A stretch of 64,000 nucleotides of DNA from Nitrososphaeraceae archaeon (lineage in GTDB: Archaea > Thermoproteota > Nitrososphaeria > Nitrososphaerales > Nitrososphaeraceae). Made by a program: the position numbers and the translations under genes. The notes below the pieces were generated by a model that ran no database searches, was not told the origin of the DNA, and saw nothing but the letters and a program-made list of their open reading frames with translations. This document shows positions 22,136-32,724 of the stretch, in pieces. Where the stretch lies: the NCBI GenBank assembly GCA_035297365.1, contig DATGZA010000014.1, positions 160,001-224,000 of the forward strand, written 5' to 3'. Position 1 is the stretch's first letter. Every line of letters starts with the position of its first letter.

Positions 22136-22447
22136 TTGATATCTAGTTTGGTAAAAAGTGAGGCTAAATTAGTTGCATACGAACGGATATCTATATTAAT
22201 CCACAGTGCTCTAAGTGAGAAACACCAAAATTATGATCTAGCAAACAAACAAGCACAACTTGCAAAAAAAATTGCAAAAAGACTTAGATTAAAACTTCCA
22301 TATAATCTTCGCCAATTTTATTGCAAGAAATGTAAAAATTTTATTTCACCAGGTTACAATTCCAGAGTGCGAATAGGGCGATCTAATGTCAAAGCAATAA
22401 GAATTACTTGTCTAAAGTGTAACTATGTATACAGGAAATTATTTTAA
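22136..22447 (+). CDS. rnp4: RNase P protein component 4 (Rpp21/Rpr2)
   Basis: AYERI, CKKC, PG..RVR and CLKC zinc motifs. Confidence 0.9.
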   Translation: MISSLVKSEAKLVAYERISILIHSALSEKHQNYDLANKQAQLAKKIAKRLRLKLPYNLRQFYCKKCKNFISPGYNSRVRIGRSNVKAIRITCLKCNYVYRKLF

Positions 22448-22505
22448 TACATTATGGACAGAGAATAAGGTTTTATAAGGGTTCTAGAAATATTCTGATG
22501 TTATA

Positions 22506-22958
22506 ATGGCTAAAGTTTATGATGTGCCAGCTGATAAATTTATAGAAAAATTAGCTGGATATTTAAAAAATGATAAAAAAATTGAACCTCCATCTTGGTC
22601 CTATTTTGTAAAAACTGGGCCTCATACTGAAAAAATTCCTCAAAATAAAGATTGGTGGTACACCAGATGTGCTTCTCTCTTAAGAAAGGTCTACATTCAT
22701 GGACCAGTTTCTGTAGCGGATCTCAAAGGTGTATACGGGGGGAAGAAACAAAGAGGATACAATTTGGCACATCATGTAGATGCTAGTGGTGGAATAATTC
22801 GTACTGGTTTAAAACAGCTTGAGAATTCTGGTTACATAGTAAAAAAAGATAAGGGTAGAATAATTTCTGAAGATGGAATGAAGAGAGTGGATAGACTTGC
22901 AACTGAACTTCATAAAGAACTTCAAAAAGATTTTCCCGAGTTAGGCAGGTATTCCTGA
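22506..22958 (+). CDS. rps19e: 30S ribosomal protein S19e
   Basis: VYDVPA, VKTG and WWYTRCASLLRK motifs. Confidence 0.97.
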   Translation: MAKVYDVPADKFIEKLAGYLKNDKKIEPPSWSYFVKTGPHTEKIPQNKDWWYTRCASLLRKVYIHGPVSVADLKGVYGGKKQRGYNLAHHVDASGGIIRTGLKQLENSGYIVKKDKGRIISEDGMKRVDRLATELHKELQKDFPELGRYS

Positions 22959-22970
22959 ACTTGATGAAAC

Positions 22971-23261
22971 ATGTCACTCCCACAAAATAATAATCCAAGC
23001 GAAGAAGATCGTAAAAGAAGAGAGGCAGAAGCAGATGCAATGCGTCAAAAGGTTTTGATGGTACTTTTGGATGCATCTGCGAGACAAAGATTAGCTAATG
23101 TTAGGATGGTAAAACCGGAACTAGCAAATGCCGTTGAAAATTATCTAGTAAATGCGGCCTCCTCTGGTCGGTTAAATCGTGCGTTGACTGATGACGAGCT
23201 AAAACAAATTTTATTGAGCATTCAAAGTCCCAAGAAAGATTTTAAAATTAATCGAATCTAG
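22971..23261 (+). CDS. PDCD5-like DNA-binding protein
   Basis: ARQRLANVRMVKPELA..VE motif; conserved position after rps19e. Confidence 0.92.
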   Translation: MSLPQNNNPSEEDRKRREAEADAMRQKVLMVLLDASARQRLANVRMVKPELANAVENYLVNAASSGRLNRALTDDELKQILLSIQSPKKDFKINRI

Positions 23262-23356
23262 TACCACGAAGCAGGATTACATAATATTGATTTGTGAATC
23301 CGTTGTACTATGTAAGTATTATAACAACAGGCTAAATTTTCAATATTCTGATTAAA

Positions 23357-24013
23357 TTGTTAGACGACTTTCTACATCCTAAACTCCTGATGAAGGTCAT
23401 TTCGCATATTGAAGCTGGAAGATATCACTTAAAAGAGTTTCAAAATACACTCGAACTAGATAATGATTCTGTATTTCAAGCTATTGTAAAATATCTGCTC
23501 AACAACAATATAGGGCAACTATCTGAAAAAGATAGAACAATATCTTTTTCTCGTTCTGACAAAATTTGGATCACTCTCATTGCTATTAGGAGGGGTTGTG
23601 ACATACAAGAATGTTCTAGATTACTCTCATGGCAAGATTTTGAATCATTGACTTCTCAAATATTAGGCCACTTTGAATACGATACCAAAGTTAATATCGT
23701 ACTAACAAAACCACGATGTCAATTAGACGTAATAGCTATAAAAAACGACTTTCTAATTTCTATTGATTGTAAGCATTGGAAAAATTATAGCAAATCGGCT
23801 ATTATGCCATATGTTGATAAACAAATAATACGTACTAGAAATTATTTACGCAATAATAATAAAATAAAAAAGGCCCTCCCTATGCTTTTGACATTATACG
23901 ATTCAAATTTTAAATTTATCAATGGTATACCAATTGTTCCTATTAGCTTTTTTAAATCATTTATATTTGAATTCGAATCTTTTAATGACAATATAGCATA
24001 TATATTAAGATAA
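23357..24013 (+). CDS. PD-(D/E)xK restriction-endonuclease-like protein
   Basis: LSWQDFE and QLDVIA...IDCKHW nuclease motif. Confidence 0.8.
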   Translation: MLDDFLHPKLLMKVISHIEAGRYHLKEFQNTLELDNDSVFQAIVKYLLNNNIGQLSEKDRTISFSRSDKIWITLIAIRRGCDIQECSRLLSWQDFESLTSQILGHFEYDTKVNIVLTKPRCQLDVIAIKNDFLISIDCKHWKNYSKSAIMPYVDKQIIRTRNYLRNNNKIKKALPMLLTLYDSNFKFINGIPIVPISFFKSFIFEFESFNDNIAYILR

Positions 24014-24114
24014 GTAAAATTCAAAATACAACTCGGTTATAATTAAAAAATCCAAATACTATTAAAATTAAGACAAACAAAAAGAAAAATGGGTAATCTT
24101 TACTTTATATTTAT

Positions 24115-24255
24115 TTATGTTGGGCGCCTTAGACCAGATGCTATCACGTATGCCAATCCTACTGCTAACCCAAAAGCTAATGGAATCCACACCCCAAAAG
24201 TATCTAAATTTATAGGAACATTCAGCTGCTGTATTAAATTACTAAATATATCCAT
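24115..24255 (-). CDS. 46-aa single-transmembrane microprotein
   Basis: MDIFSNLIQQLNVPINLDTFGVWIPLAFGLAVGLAYVIASGLRRPT; hydrophobic helix plus basic tail. Below the ORF-track cutoff. Confidence 0.65.
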   Translation of the reverse strand: MDIFSNLIQQLNVPINLDTFGVWIPLAFGLAVGLAYVIASGLRRPT

Positions 24256-24449
24256 TTTCTTCCTATGATAAGAGGAAGGTTGCTTATAAGCGTTTAAAAA
24301 ATATGGTTTTTTTTGTGAACAAAAAATTTTGGTGAATTCCTAAAACACTCTTTTGAAAGTTTGTGTTCTCTATTATTATCCTTTGATGATCGCTAAAAGC
24401 ATCTCACCAGCAGTTTTCCTTAAATAACCCTAATATCAAAAAAATCTAC

Positions 24450-24728
24450 ATGAAGATGCAAAAGGAGATGCGAAAATTCTGTCCCAAGTGTAAGACGCAT
24501 ACCGCTCAATCTGTTTCAATATATAAGAAAGGAAAAGATAGAAAGACTGCTTTGGGGGCCAGAAGGCATGCAGAAGACAAGAAGGGATACGGCGGTCAAA
24601 AATTTCCTGAATTGAAACGTACAGCAAAAACAACTAAGAAAATTACCCTTAAGTACACTTGTAAAACCTGTCAAAGAAAATCCATGAGAGAAGGGATGAG
24701 AATGCGAAAATTAGAAATTAGCGCCTAA
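24450..24728 (+). CDS. rpl44e: 50S ribosomal protein L44e
   Basis: CPKCKTH, GYGGQ, AKTTKK and CKTC motifs. Confidence 0.97.
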   Translation: MKMQKEMRKFCPKCKTHTAQSVSIYKKGKDRKTALGARRHAEDKKGYGGQKFPELKRTAKTTKKITLKYTCKTCQRKSMREGMRMRKLEISA

Positions 24729-24749
24729 ATTAGTTATTGGTAATAAAAA

Positions 24750-24947
24750 ATGAATAAAGAGAATATCTTAATTCCGCAGCCATCCAGTGAGTATTTCACT
24801 ATTCAATGCACAAAGTGCAATGATAAAATAATTATTTATTCCCATACGTCAAAGAACATTTACTGCAAAACATGCAATGAATTATTAGCTCAAAAATCTG
24901 GGGGAAAAGCAAAGATATTTGGAAATATAATTACGAATCTAGATTAG
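24750..24947 (+). CDS. rps27e: 30S ribosomal protein S27e
   Basis: CTKC...YSH...CKTC...GGKA; follows rpl44e. Confidence 0.94.
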   Translation: MNKENILIPQPSSEYFTIQCTKCNDKIIIYSHTSKNIYCKTCNELLAQKSGGKAKIFGNIITNLD

Positions 24948-25500
24948 TAACTATTATACTTTCTTCGTAGTAATTCTTATTTTCAAAATACATAAAGTTA
25001 TTCTATCAAATTACGATGTTTGGCGATAACACGTGAGTCAACGAACTAGAATAAAATACATCTATAACTGTTTATAATTGCTGTTTGGAATTCGAATTTT
25101 TTACACTCTAAAACTACAAAATAAAATTATTAGACATTATTACATTAGTGATAGCAATGCTTACTTTTGATATGAAGAATTTTTGATAGATTTCGATTAA
25201 AGATGGTGATATGAAATTTTATGGGGGAAACAAAAAACAAAGTGAAAATAATGATTACATTCTGTTTTTTGGAATATCAAGGTTCTTATTATAACAAATA
25301 ATTCTGGAATAAAAAAAGATTCTATAAGAATATTGTTTTAGTTTTCATTCCTTATATGCTAGGATATTATAATTGAAAAATAACAACAAGTGTCAGAGAT
25401 AACAATCAAGTACATCCTTAAAATTACCAGATCCAAACTAATGTTAAGATCATATAACTTGTTCATTGACTTTTAGCCTTGTCTCATGAGTTAAAATATT

Positions 25501-26151
25501 TCATGTTTTCAGCATTCTTTTCGCTTTCTCAAGATCGGATTTTTCATTTACATTAACTGCTATCCCTTTTTGATTTAATACTATGAATCTCTCTGGAATC
25601 TCATGTTCAAAGTCATATATTTTACTTGGGTTAAAGATTTCAATTCCAGAATAACAGTACTCTTTATATTTATATGTAAAGGAAATACTTGGTTTTATTC
25701 CTAAACCTTCTACAAATTCTTTTTCTATTATAATGGAATTGCATGGAAATCGAAAATCGCATGATTTTAAAATCTCATTTATTTCATATTCTGATAATAA
25801 CGGTAGGTCTGCAGATACCACAAAAATCATGTCGTTAGGAAATTTTTTAATGATTGTAATTAGATCTAGGGAATAGCCATCTCCATCCGTCTCAACAAAT
25901 TCTAGGTCATCAATAATTTTTCTTTTAATTTTTTTTAAGAGAAATGATTTTGTTCTGATTGTGTTTTTACTGGTACAGATAACAATTTTTAGAAAACGTT
26001 TAGTATTTATCAAATTTTCAATCATATATTCTATCATTCTTTTGTTTCCCAGTTTTATCATAGGTTTGTCAGTGCGATAAATTTTTTTCATTCTAGTACC
26101 TTTTCCACCACACATTATTATGGCGATAATATTCACCTTTTTTTTAGACAT
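25501..26151 (-). CDS. cobY: Adenosylcobinamide-phosphate guanylyltransferase
   Basis: MCGGKGTRM, SADLP and NVN..D NTP-transferase motifs; in the cob cluster. Confidence 0.85.
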   Translation of the reverse strand: MSKKKVNIIAIIMCGGKGTRMKKIYRTDKPMIKLGNKRMIEYMIENLINTKRFLKIVICTSKNTIRTKSFLLKKIKRKIIDDLEFVETDGDGYSLDLITIIKKFPNDMIFVVSADLPLLSEYEINEILKSCDFRFPCNSIIIEKEFVEGLGIKPSISFTYKYKEYCYSGIEIFNPSKIYDFEHEIPERFIVLNQKGIAVNVNEKSDLEKAKRMLKT

Positions 26152-26153
26152 TA

Positions 26154-26912
26154 TTATGTCGATCCCATAACGACAACATAAATAAAGTAAACAAAAAATC
26201 TTGATAATTCATTACAAGCTCCTATCACATCTCCAGATATTCCCCCGAAAGATCTATTAGAAATTAATAAGAGAAGTGAAGTTACAAGTAACATTCCAGC
26301 AAGTGATAGTGCTATTTGGTAGACCCCTAGTCCAAAAATGATTAGTATTACAACCACCAGGATTGTTGATATGATAAACTTTTTTCTGTTCTTCATCTCA
26401 GTAATAAATATTGTATTTAATCCCTCCCATGCTGATTTACCTATGTAACATTGTAATACCATGCTATACTTTGAAAGAGTTTCAGCAATTATAATCAAAG
26501 AAAATAATGCAAATTTGTTGTTAACATGAGACACTAAAACAATAACTCCTACTATGTAGATAATAATTATTACAGTTCCAGCAGTTCCATTTCTTGGATC
26601 TGTCATCACCTTATGTTTAATATCTTTAGAGCCTCTTACCATCAATCCGTCTGCTAGGTCTGCAAGCGCATCTGTGTGGTGTAATCCCGTAAAGGCAATT
26701 AATGCAATTGTTACCATCATCCCAAGGATTAAATCTTGCAAATGGTCATACAAAATGAAGGCAAAAGATCCTACACTAAATCCTATTATGAATCCCGCAA
26801 TTGGGAATAAATACATATTTTTTGCTATATAGCTAATATCATAACCTTTTCTTTTCGTTACCGGTATAACGGTTAAAAAAGATAAAACGGAAAATATATT
26901 ATCAAATGGCAA
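26154..26912 (-). CDS. cobS: Cobalamin synthase
   Basis: FLT.IP, GLHHTDALADLADG and FGGISGDVIGA motifs. Confidence 0.95.
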   Translation of the reverse strand: MPFDNIFSVLSFLTVIPVTKRKGYDISYIAKNMYLFPIAGFIIGFSVGSFAFILYDHLQDLILGMMVTIALIAFTGLHHTDALADLADGLMVRGSKDIKHKVMTDPRNGTAGTVIIIIYIVGVIVLVSHVNNKFALFSLIIIAETLSKYSMVLQCYIGKSAWEGLNTIFITEMKNRKKFIISTILVVVILIIFGLGVYQIALSLAGMLLVTSLLLLISNRSFGGISGDVIGACNELSRFFVYFIYVVVMGST

Positions 26913-27882
26913 ATACTATTGACCACCATTTCAAAAAGTCTAATAATAGTATAGTTGGAATAGAGATTAATAAACAAAAGAGTATTGTCGTTATCTTCAT
27001 TATTTTTATTGCAACTATACATTTTTGAATAGATAGTATCTCCTGAGGATCGCCTAATGCATAATGATCTATTTTTTCTAATCTTATCTTCAATGCTCCT
27101 GCCATTGCAGACATGGGATGGCCAGAGTTTATACTAATTGAACAATTACGATCACGTTTTAGAATTTTAATAGAATTTTTCCAATCAGCCCTTGCTATAA
27201 TAGATGAAATTATCATTAGCAAAGATGTCATTCTGGCTGGTATATAATTTGCAAATGTATCAGCTTTAGCAGCCATCCATCCAATATTAACAAAATAATT
27301 GTTTCTATATCCAATCATAGAATCCAAGGTGTTAATTATTCTGAACACAAAGGCTCCCGTTGGACCAAAAAAAGAAAAATAAAATAAAGGTGATATTATA
27401 CCATCTACTGTACTATCTGCTATAGATTCGACTGCCGCCGATAGGATATGTTGTTCATCCAGTTTTTGGGTATCTCTGCCGACGATGAAAGACAGTTTTA
27501 GACGTGCATTACCAATATCATTTCTCTTCAACGCGTTGATAATATCATCAACATGTTTGCCCATATTTTTTATCGCAATTGTACTGTAAAGTAGATAAAT
27601 CGATAGTATAAAAAATATAAAGAAATCAATATTTCTCAAATAAATTAAAAAGACTTGAACGAGAAATGCAGATATCACTATAAAAGATATTGTTAAAACC
27701 ACTCCTCTGATCTTCTCTTCATACTGGTTTTCTTTTTCAGTGATCTTTAATTTTGGGATAAAATATTTTACTATTTTACCGATCCATGAGACAGGATGAA
27801 ACCTATTACTAGGGTCCCCAAACGCCAGATCTAGAGTTATTGAAAGAATTAGGATAAAGATAATATGTATTGATGATATCAT
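26902..27882 (-). CDS. cbiB: Adenosylcobinamide-phosphate synthase
   Basis: GDP...HPV, VGRDT, NTLDSMIGY and PAR motifs. Confidence 0.95.
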   Translation of the reverse strand: MISSIHIIFILILSITLDLAFGDPSNRFHPVSWIGKIVKYFIPKLKITEKENQYEEKIRGVVLTISFIVISAFLVQVFLIYLRNIDFFIFFILSIYLLYSTIAIKNMGKHVDDIINALKRNDIGNARLKLSFIVGRDTQKLDEQHILSAAVESIADSTVDGIISPLFYFSFFGPTGAFVFRIINTLDSMIGYRNNYFVNIGWMAAKADTFANYIPARMTSLLMIISSIIARADWKNSIKILKRDRNCSISINSGHPMSAMAGALKIRLEKIDHYALGDPQEILSIQKCIVAIKIMKITTILFCLLISIPTILLLDFLKWWSIVFAI

Positions 27883-28769
27883 CTGGTTAATTTCAAAACC
27901 TTATCTAAAATAAATTCTAGTTCAATATTTTTTCTGATCTCTGTTGATAATATGTCTATTTGTTGGTCTAATATTTCTTTTGAATACGTGAAATGTTTGC
28001 TGTTATTATTATCATGGGTAAGGTCTATCTTACTATTGGTACCGTCTAATGAGTCTTCCTCAGGTAAAGAAAAATCAATTTTTGGAATAATTCCGAGACA
28101 TTCCATATTTTTTGCTGATTGAACATATTTTATTGCATTTTTAAGTAAACCTTTATCACCACGAAATTTGTTTATTAAAAATCCTTTGACTAATTTTTGA
28201 TGTTTTCTTTGTAATAGTTCCATAGTCCCTACAAGGCTTGCAAAACAACCTCCTCTTTCGATGTCCGATATGAGTAGAACGGGACTTTCCGTTTTTTCAG
28301 CCAGCAACATATTAGCTATATCATATTTTGCTATGTTAATTTCGGCAGGAGACCCAGCTCCTTCTACAATCAATATATCATTGTCTTGTCTCAAAGTCTT
28401 TATTGATTCCAAGACCAGGGGGAAGCCAGTCTGTAAGACAAAATCTTTATAGTAGCTAGAAGCTGTCATCTCTGCATAAAATTTTCCTTTAATAAAGACT
28501 CTGCTTCTATAATTCCCTACAGGTATCAATAAAATAGGGTTAATTTTCCAACTAGGTTTTTTTCTCGCAGCAATTGCTTGTACTGCCTGAATATTTGATA
28601 TTACCTCCGATTTAGAAATATTGAAAATTTTTGACGACATGTTCTGTGCCTTGAATGGACAAACACGAAACCCTACATCAGACAAAATTCTGCACAATGC
28701 AATAACTAATGTACTTTTTCCTGCGCCAGAAGAAGTGCCCTGAACCATCAATATTTTTGCCTGTTCCAA
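27879..28769 (-). CDS. cobQ: Cobyric acid synthase, ATPase domain only
   Basis: QGTSSGAGKS, PFKAQNMS, EGAGSPAEIN and INKFRGD. Ends about 55 aa after EEDS with no glutaminase domain. Confidence 0.92.
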   Translation of the reverse strand: MEQAKILMVQGTSSGAGKSTLVIALCRILSDVGFRVCPFKAQNMSSKIFNISKSEVISNIQAVQAIAARKKPSWKINPILLIPVGNYRSRVFIKGKFYAEMTASSYYKDFVLQTGFPLVLESIKTLRQDNDILIVEGAGSPAEINIAKYDIANMLLAEKTESPVLLISDIERGGCFASLVGTMELLQRKHQKLVKGFLINKFRGDKGLLKNAIKYVQSAKNMECLGIIPKIDFSLPEEDSLDGTNSKIDLTHDNNNSKHFTYSKEILDQQIDILSTEIRKNIELEFILDKVLKLTR

Positions 28770-28820
28770 ATTGTTTTTTACCTTCTATCTGTGCACATTT
28801 TAATTATCAATACTGACCCA

Positions 28821-29999
28821 TTAATTATTAATATTTTCCTCCATATTTTCTAAAGCAGTTAGAAGAAGTTCATTTTCGCTACGAGTTTTTACTGCAATTC
28901 TGATAAACTCATTTGACATTCCTCTAAAACTGCTACAGTCACGAACCAAGATACCATTATTTTTCAACAATTCTTCTTTGTACCATGTAGAATCCTTATT
29001 TTTTAACTTGATCAATAAAAAATTAGCATCTGAATTATATGCGACCAAACCCTTCATTTTTTCTCTTATTGTTTTCAAGATCCGAATTTTCTCTTTTTCT
29101 ATTATTTTTTTAGCTCTCACTAAGTGATCTTGATCATTAAGTGCTTCTATTCCTGCAATTTGAGCGACACCATTTACATTCCATGCAATTTGATTCAAGT
29201 TTATTTTTGTTATTAAATTAGGATTTGCAACTAAATAACCTAGTCGCAAACCAGCTAAACCAAATGACTTAGTCATAGATCTTAATATTATTAGATTATC
29301 AGATTCCATCACGTATGGAATCATTGAATTTATTTCATAATTTTTTACAAATTCTATAAAACTTTCATCAATTAATACTAATGTTGACTTGTTCTTTGCC
29401 ACTTTCATAATTTTTTTAATTATTTCTACTGGGGTTAATCTACCAGTAGGGTTATTAGGATTGCAAAGGAATAAGATATTCTTGTTTCTTTTTTTCAGTT
29501 TTTTGATCATGAGATCATTATCAATTTGAAAATTTTCTAATGGATCAATAAAATCAATTTTTAAATCCATTCTCCTAACTGCCAATTCATATTCGCAAAA
29601 GGTAGGAATTGGAATGAATGCTTTATACGGAAATGTTCTAACAAATTGATGTATTAGTTCCGTAGCTCCATTTCCGACTGTAATACATTCAGGAAGGATA
29701 TTATAATTTAAATATTTTGAAATTCTTCTTCTTAATTCTCTACATTTTGGATCTGGATATGTGATTGAAACATTTCTAATATTCTGCGATATCATGCTTA
29801 ATACTTTTCTTGAAATTCCGAGAGGATTGATATTTGAACTAAAATCTATTCTTATTTCCTGATTATTATCTGTCGAGTATAATCCTCCATGAGTACATGA
29901 ATCTAATCTTTTAAATTCAGTTTGATTATTTTTATAAGAATTCTCTCGACCATAGTTGGGCTTTATCAAATCTCTGATGAACAAGATTGATATTTCCAA
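28821..29999 (-). CDS. cobD: Threonine-phosphate decarboxylase (PLP class I/II)
   Basis: HGG, DFSSNINP, CNPNNPTG, DESF and SMTKSFGLAGLRLGY motifs; cob cluster context. True start may be downstream. Confidence 0.85.
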   Translation of the reverse strand: MEISILFIRDLIKPNYGRENSYKNNQTEFKRLDSCTHGGLYSTDNNQEIRIDFSSNINPLGISRKVLSMISQNIRNVSITYPDPKCRELRRRISKYLNYNILPECITVGNGATELIHQFVRTFPYKAFIPIPTFCEYELAVRRMDLKIDFIDPLENFQIDNDLMIKKLKKRNKNILFLCNPNNPTGRLTPVEIIKKIMKVAKNKSTLVLIDESFIEFVKNYEINSMIPYVMESDNLIILRSMTKSFGLAGLRLGYLVANPNLITKINLNQIAWNVNGVAQIAGIEALNDQDHLVRAKKIIEKEKIRILKTIREKMKGLVAYNSDANFLLIKLKNKDSTWYKEELLKNNGILVRDCSSFRGMSNEFIRIAVKTRSENELLLTALENMEENINN

Positions 30000-30067
30000 G
30001 CATGTAAATACTTTTTTTGCTTGAATAACGATTATTAGATCGTTATTATTTATTTAATTGCTGTAAT

Positions 30068-31144
30068 ATGTTAAAAGTAGCGTTAATAGGTTCTACCGGT
30101 GCAGTTGGACAAGAATTTGTAGTAGCACTTGCAAACCATCCTTGGTTTGAATTACAGGATATAGCCTCATCTGAAAGATCAGCAGGAAAAAAATATATCG
30201 ATGCCATTAGAGACCAAAACACAGGTATACTAAAATGGCATAACAAAGAACAAGTTCCAGATTATATTAAAGAGAAAGTTGTAAGTAAGGTTGATGACAT
30301 AGATCCTAAAAATTATGATCTTGTTTTTACTGCGTTAGAATCATCTGACGCACAAATAATTGAGCCAAAAATGGCTGAAATAACTCCGGTTATAAGTACA
30401 GCTGCTGCTTTCAGATATCAAGACGATGTTCCAATATTGATTCCAGGGATTAATGATGAACATGTAGAATTATTGAATATTCAAAAGAAAAACAGACAAT
30501 GGAAAGGGTTTGTGTGTCCGCTACCTAATTGTACGACCACCGGTTTGGCAATTTCTCTGAAACCTATATTAGACAATTTTGGCATCGAAAGTATTTTTAT
30601 GACTTCAATGCAAGCTCTTTCTGGAGCTGGAAGGTCTCCTGGAGTTGCTGCTTTAGATATAATAGACAATGTCATACCATTTATTCCAAAAGAAGAAGAA
30701 AAGGTGCAAGTAGAAACCAAAAAGATTCTTGGATCCCTTACAGATAGTTCTATATCTCCTTCAACAGTTAAGGTTAGTTGTACTTGTACTAGAGTACCTG
30801 TTTTAGATGGCCATACAGAAGCAGTATTTGTGGAAACAAAAACTCCTGTTGATCCAGAACAAGTAAAACAAGCAATGATCAATTTTTCAAATTCTGTCAA
30901 ACTCAGCGGATTACCGTCATCACCAAAGCAATACATAATAGTTCATGATGACCCTACTAGACCTCAACCCAGAATCGATAGGGAAATCAATGATGGAATG
31001 ACTACATTTGTTGGAAGATTACGAAAGGATACTGTATTTGACAATGGAGTTAAGTATGTCCTTTTATCTCACAATGAAAAGATGGGTTCAGCAAAAGGTG
31101 CAATACTATTAGCTGAATTGCTAAAATCTAAGAATATGATCTAG
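30068..31144 (+). CDS. asd: Aspartate-semialdehyde dehydrogenase
   Basis: GSTGAVGQ, PNCTT, QALSGAG and RVPVLDGH motifs. Confidence 0.96.
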   Translation: MLKVALIGSTGAVGQEFVVALANHPWFELQDIASSERSAGKKYIDAIRDQNTGILKWHNKEQVPDYIKEKVVSKVDDIDPKNYDLVFTALESSDAQIIEPKMAEITPVISTAAAFRYQDDVPILIPGINDEHVELLNIQKKNRQWKGFVCPLPNCTTTGLAISLKPILDNFGIESIFMTSMQALSGAGRSPGVAALDIIDNVIPFIPKEEEKVQVETKKILGSLTDSSISPSTVKVSCTCTRVPVLDGHTEAVFVETKTPVDPEQVKQAMINFSNSVKLSGLPSSPKQYIIVHDDPTRPQPRIDREINDGMTTFVGRLRKDTVFDNGVKYVLLSHNEKMGSAKGAILLAELLKSKNMI

Positions 31145-31228
31145 AATGGTGGACATTTCTTTAATTTTAAGATATAAATATCAAAACATAGAATCAGTTA
31201 TGACATAACACGAGTTGAGAGTTAAACT

Positions 31229-32116
31229 GTGATTCGACAAGTAACATTAGGAAAAAAAGTAAAAAATTATTATGAATTAACAAAACCAAAAATATGGTAT
31301 TTGTTGGTTTTTACTGCTTTCGGATCCGCTCTTACTGCTTCTTTCCTATTTGATATCCCGATTAGTGTTGTGACGTGGATTCTGTTATTAGGTGGAGTGG
31401 CAGCAGGTTCTGCTGCAGCAGATACTCTAACTGGTTATAACGATAGGGATATTGATGCAATAATGGAAAGAACAAAAGACAGACCTATTCCATCAGGAAG
31501 AATTTCCCCCAAGAATGCTTTAATATTTGGTTTAATTTTAATGTCAATCTCTTTGGTATTTTCTTGGTTCATAAATATCTGGGCATTTATTCTGATGATA
31601 TTCGGTCTTTTTGATAACATAATAATTTACAGTAAATGGTTAAAAAGACGGAGTCAGTCAAATATTATTCTAGGTGGATTTTCAGGAGCGGCCCCCGCTC
31701 TAATAGGATATCTTGCTGTAACTACACAGAGTATTGAGATAGGTCTGGTAATGGCAGCTCTGGTATTTTTGTGGATACCAACGCATATTTGGAGTCTTGC
31801 TTTGCATGTGAAAAAAGATTATCAAAAGGCAAAGGTTCCAATGTTACCGGTAGTATCAGATGAGAAAACATCAGTCAGGATTATTGCCGCAACTACTGTA
31901 ATGATGATATTTTTTAGTATTCTGCCGTTTTTCTTTAATCAATTTGGTTTAATATATTTGATCACCACAAGTGTATTTGGAGCAGTAATGATGGCACTCT
32001 GTTTGTGGCTTTTGATTAAACCTACAGAACGTGCGTCGTGGACAGTTTTTAAATTTTCGAGTCCATATCTGACAGCCATATTTATCGCATTTATTGTTGA
32101 TTCATTCTTTCATTAA
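31229..32116 (+). CDS. cyoE: Protoheme IX farnesyltransferase
   Basis: LTKP, DRDIDAIMERTKDRPIPSG, W.PTH.W and DY.KA.VPM motifs. Confidence 0.95.
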   Translation: MIRQVTLGKKVKNYYELTKPKIWYLLVFTAFGSALTASFLFDIPISVVTWILLLGGVAAGSAAADTLTGYNDRDIDAIMERTKDRPIPSGRISPKNALIFGLILMSISLVFSWFINIWAFILMIFGLFDNIIIYSKWLKRRSQSNIILGGFSGAAPALIGYLAVTTQSIEIGLVMAALVFLWIPTHIWSLALHVKKDYQKAKVPMLPVVSDEKTSVRIIAATTVMMIFFSILPFFFNQFGLIYLITTSVFGAVMMALCLWLLIKPTERASWTVFKFSSPYLTAIFIAFIVDSFFH

Positions 32117-32202
32117 ATACATCTACAAAGAACTATTTCATTTTATTTTCAGGAGATTTCTGTATTAAAATTTATTAAACAATGTAGTTTTAATGTTATT
32201 GA

Positions 32203-32676
32203 ATGAGTCTTGATCATGAGGAAGATTCAAATGAGCATGTAAAATCGTGGATGGTTGAATGGGGTAAAATAAATGAAGAATTTGAAGATTATTCAAAGGC
32301 ACTTGAACTTTTTAACTCAAAATCCTCTGAGGACGTAATTCTATACGAAGTTCAAAGAACTTTGTCTGACGGTTCTATTGTCAAAAAAGTACCCATTCTT
32401 AATACCAAAAAGTCTCGTAAAAGAATGGAGGAGTTGGATAAAAAAAGACAAAAAGAAATCCAAAATCTTAAAAAAGAGGAACAGATTAAAAAGCAAAAAG
32501 ATGCCCCACAAAAAAATAGAATTCAAGACATAAAATACAGAATAATCCTTTTGATAGTTATTGTTATTGCATTTTTTATCTTACTTTATATTCTTAGTCA
32601 ATTAGTTGCATCCTCCGATACTCTTCATTCTCACGTAATAGGATATGAAATCAAAAGAAATATCTTTGAATATTGA
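32203..32676 (+). CDS. Hypothetical membrane-anchored protein
   Basis: Charged N-terminal region followed by one transmembrane helix near the C-terminus. Confidence 0.7.
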   Translation: MSLDHEEDSNEHVKSWMVEWGKINEEFEDYSKALELFNSKSSEDVILYEVQRTLSDGSIVKKVPILNTKKSRKRMEELDKKRQKEIQNLKKEEQIKKQKDAPQKNRIQDIKYRIILLIVIVIAFFILLYILSQLVASSDTLHSHVIGYEIKRNIFEY

Positions 32677-32724
32677 TAATGGGTGAATTATTACAAAATT
32701 ATTCTGTATTCTTCTCTTTGTCTT

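Noticed and set aside
690-31620. Many short ORFs antisense to or overlapping core genes
   Set aside because: Shadow frames of well-supported genes.
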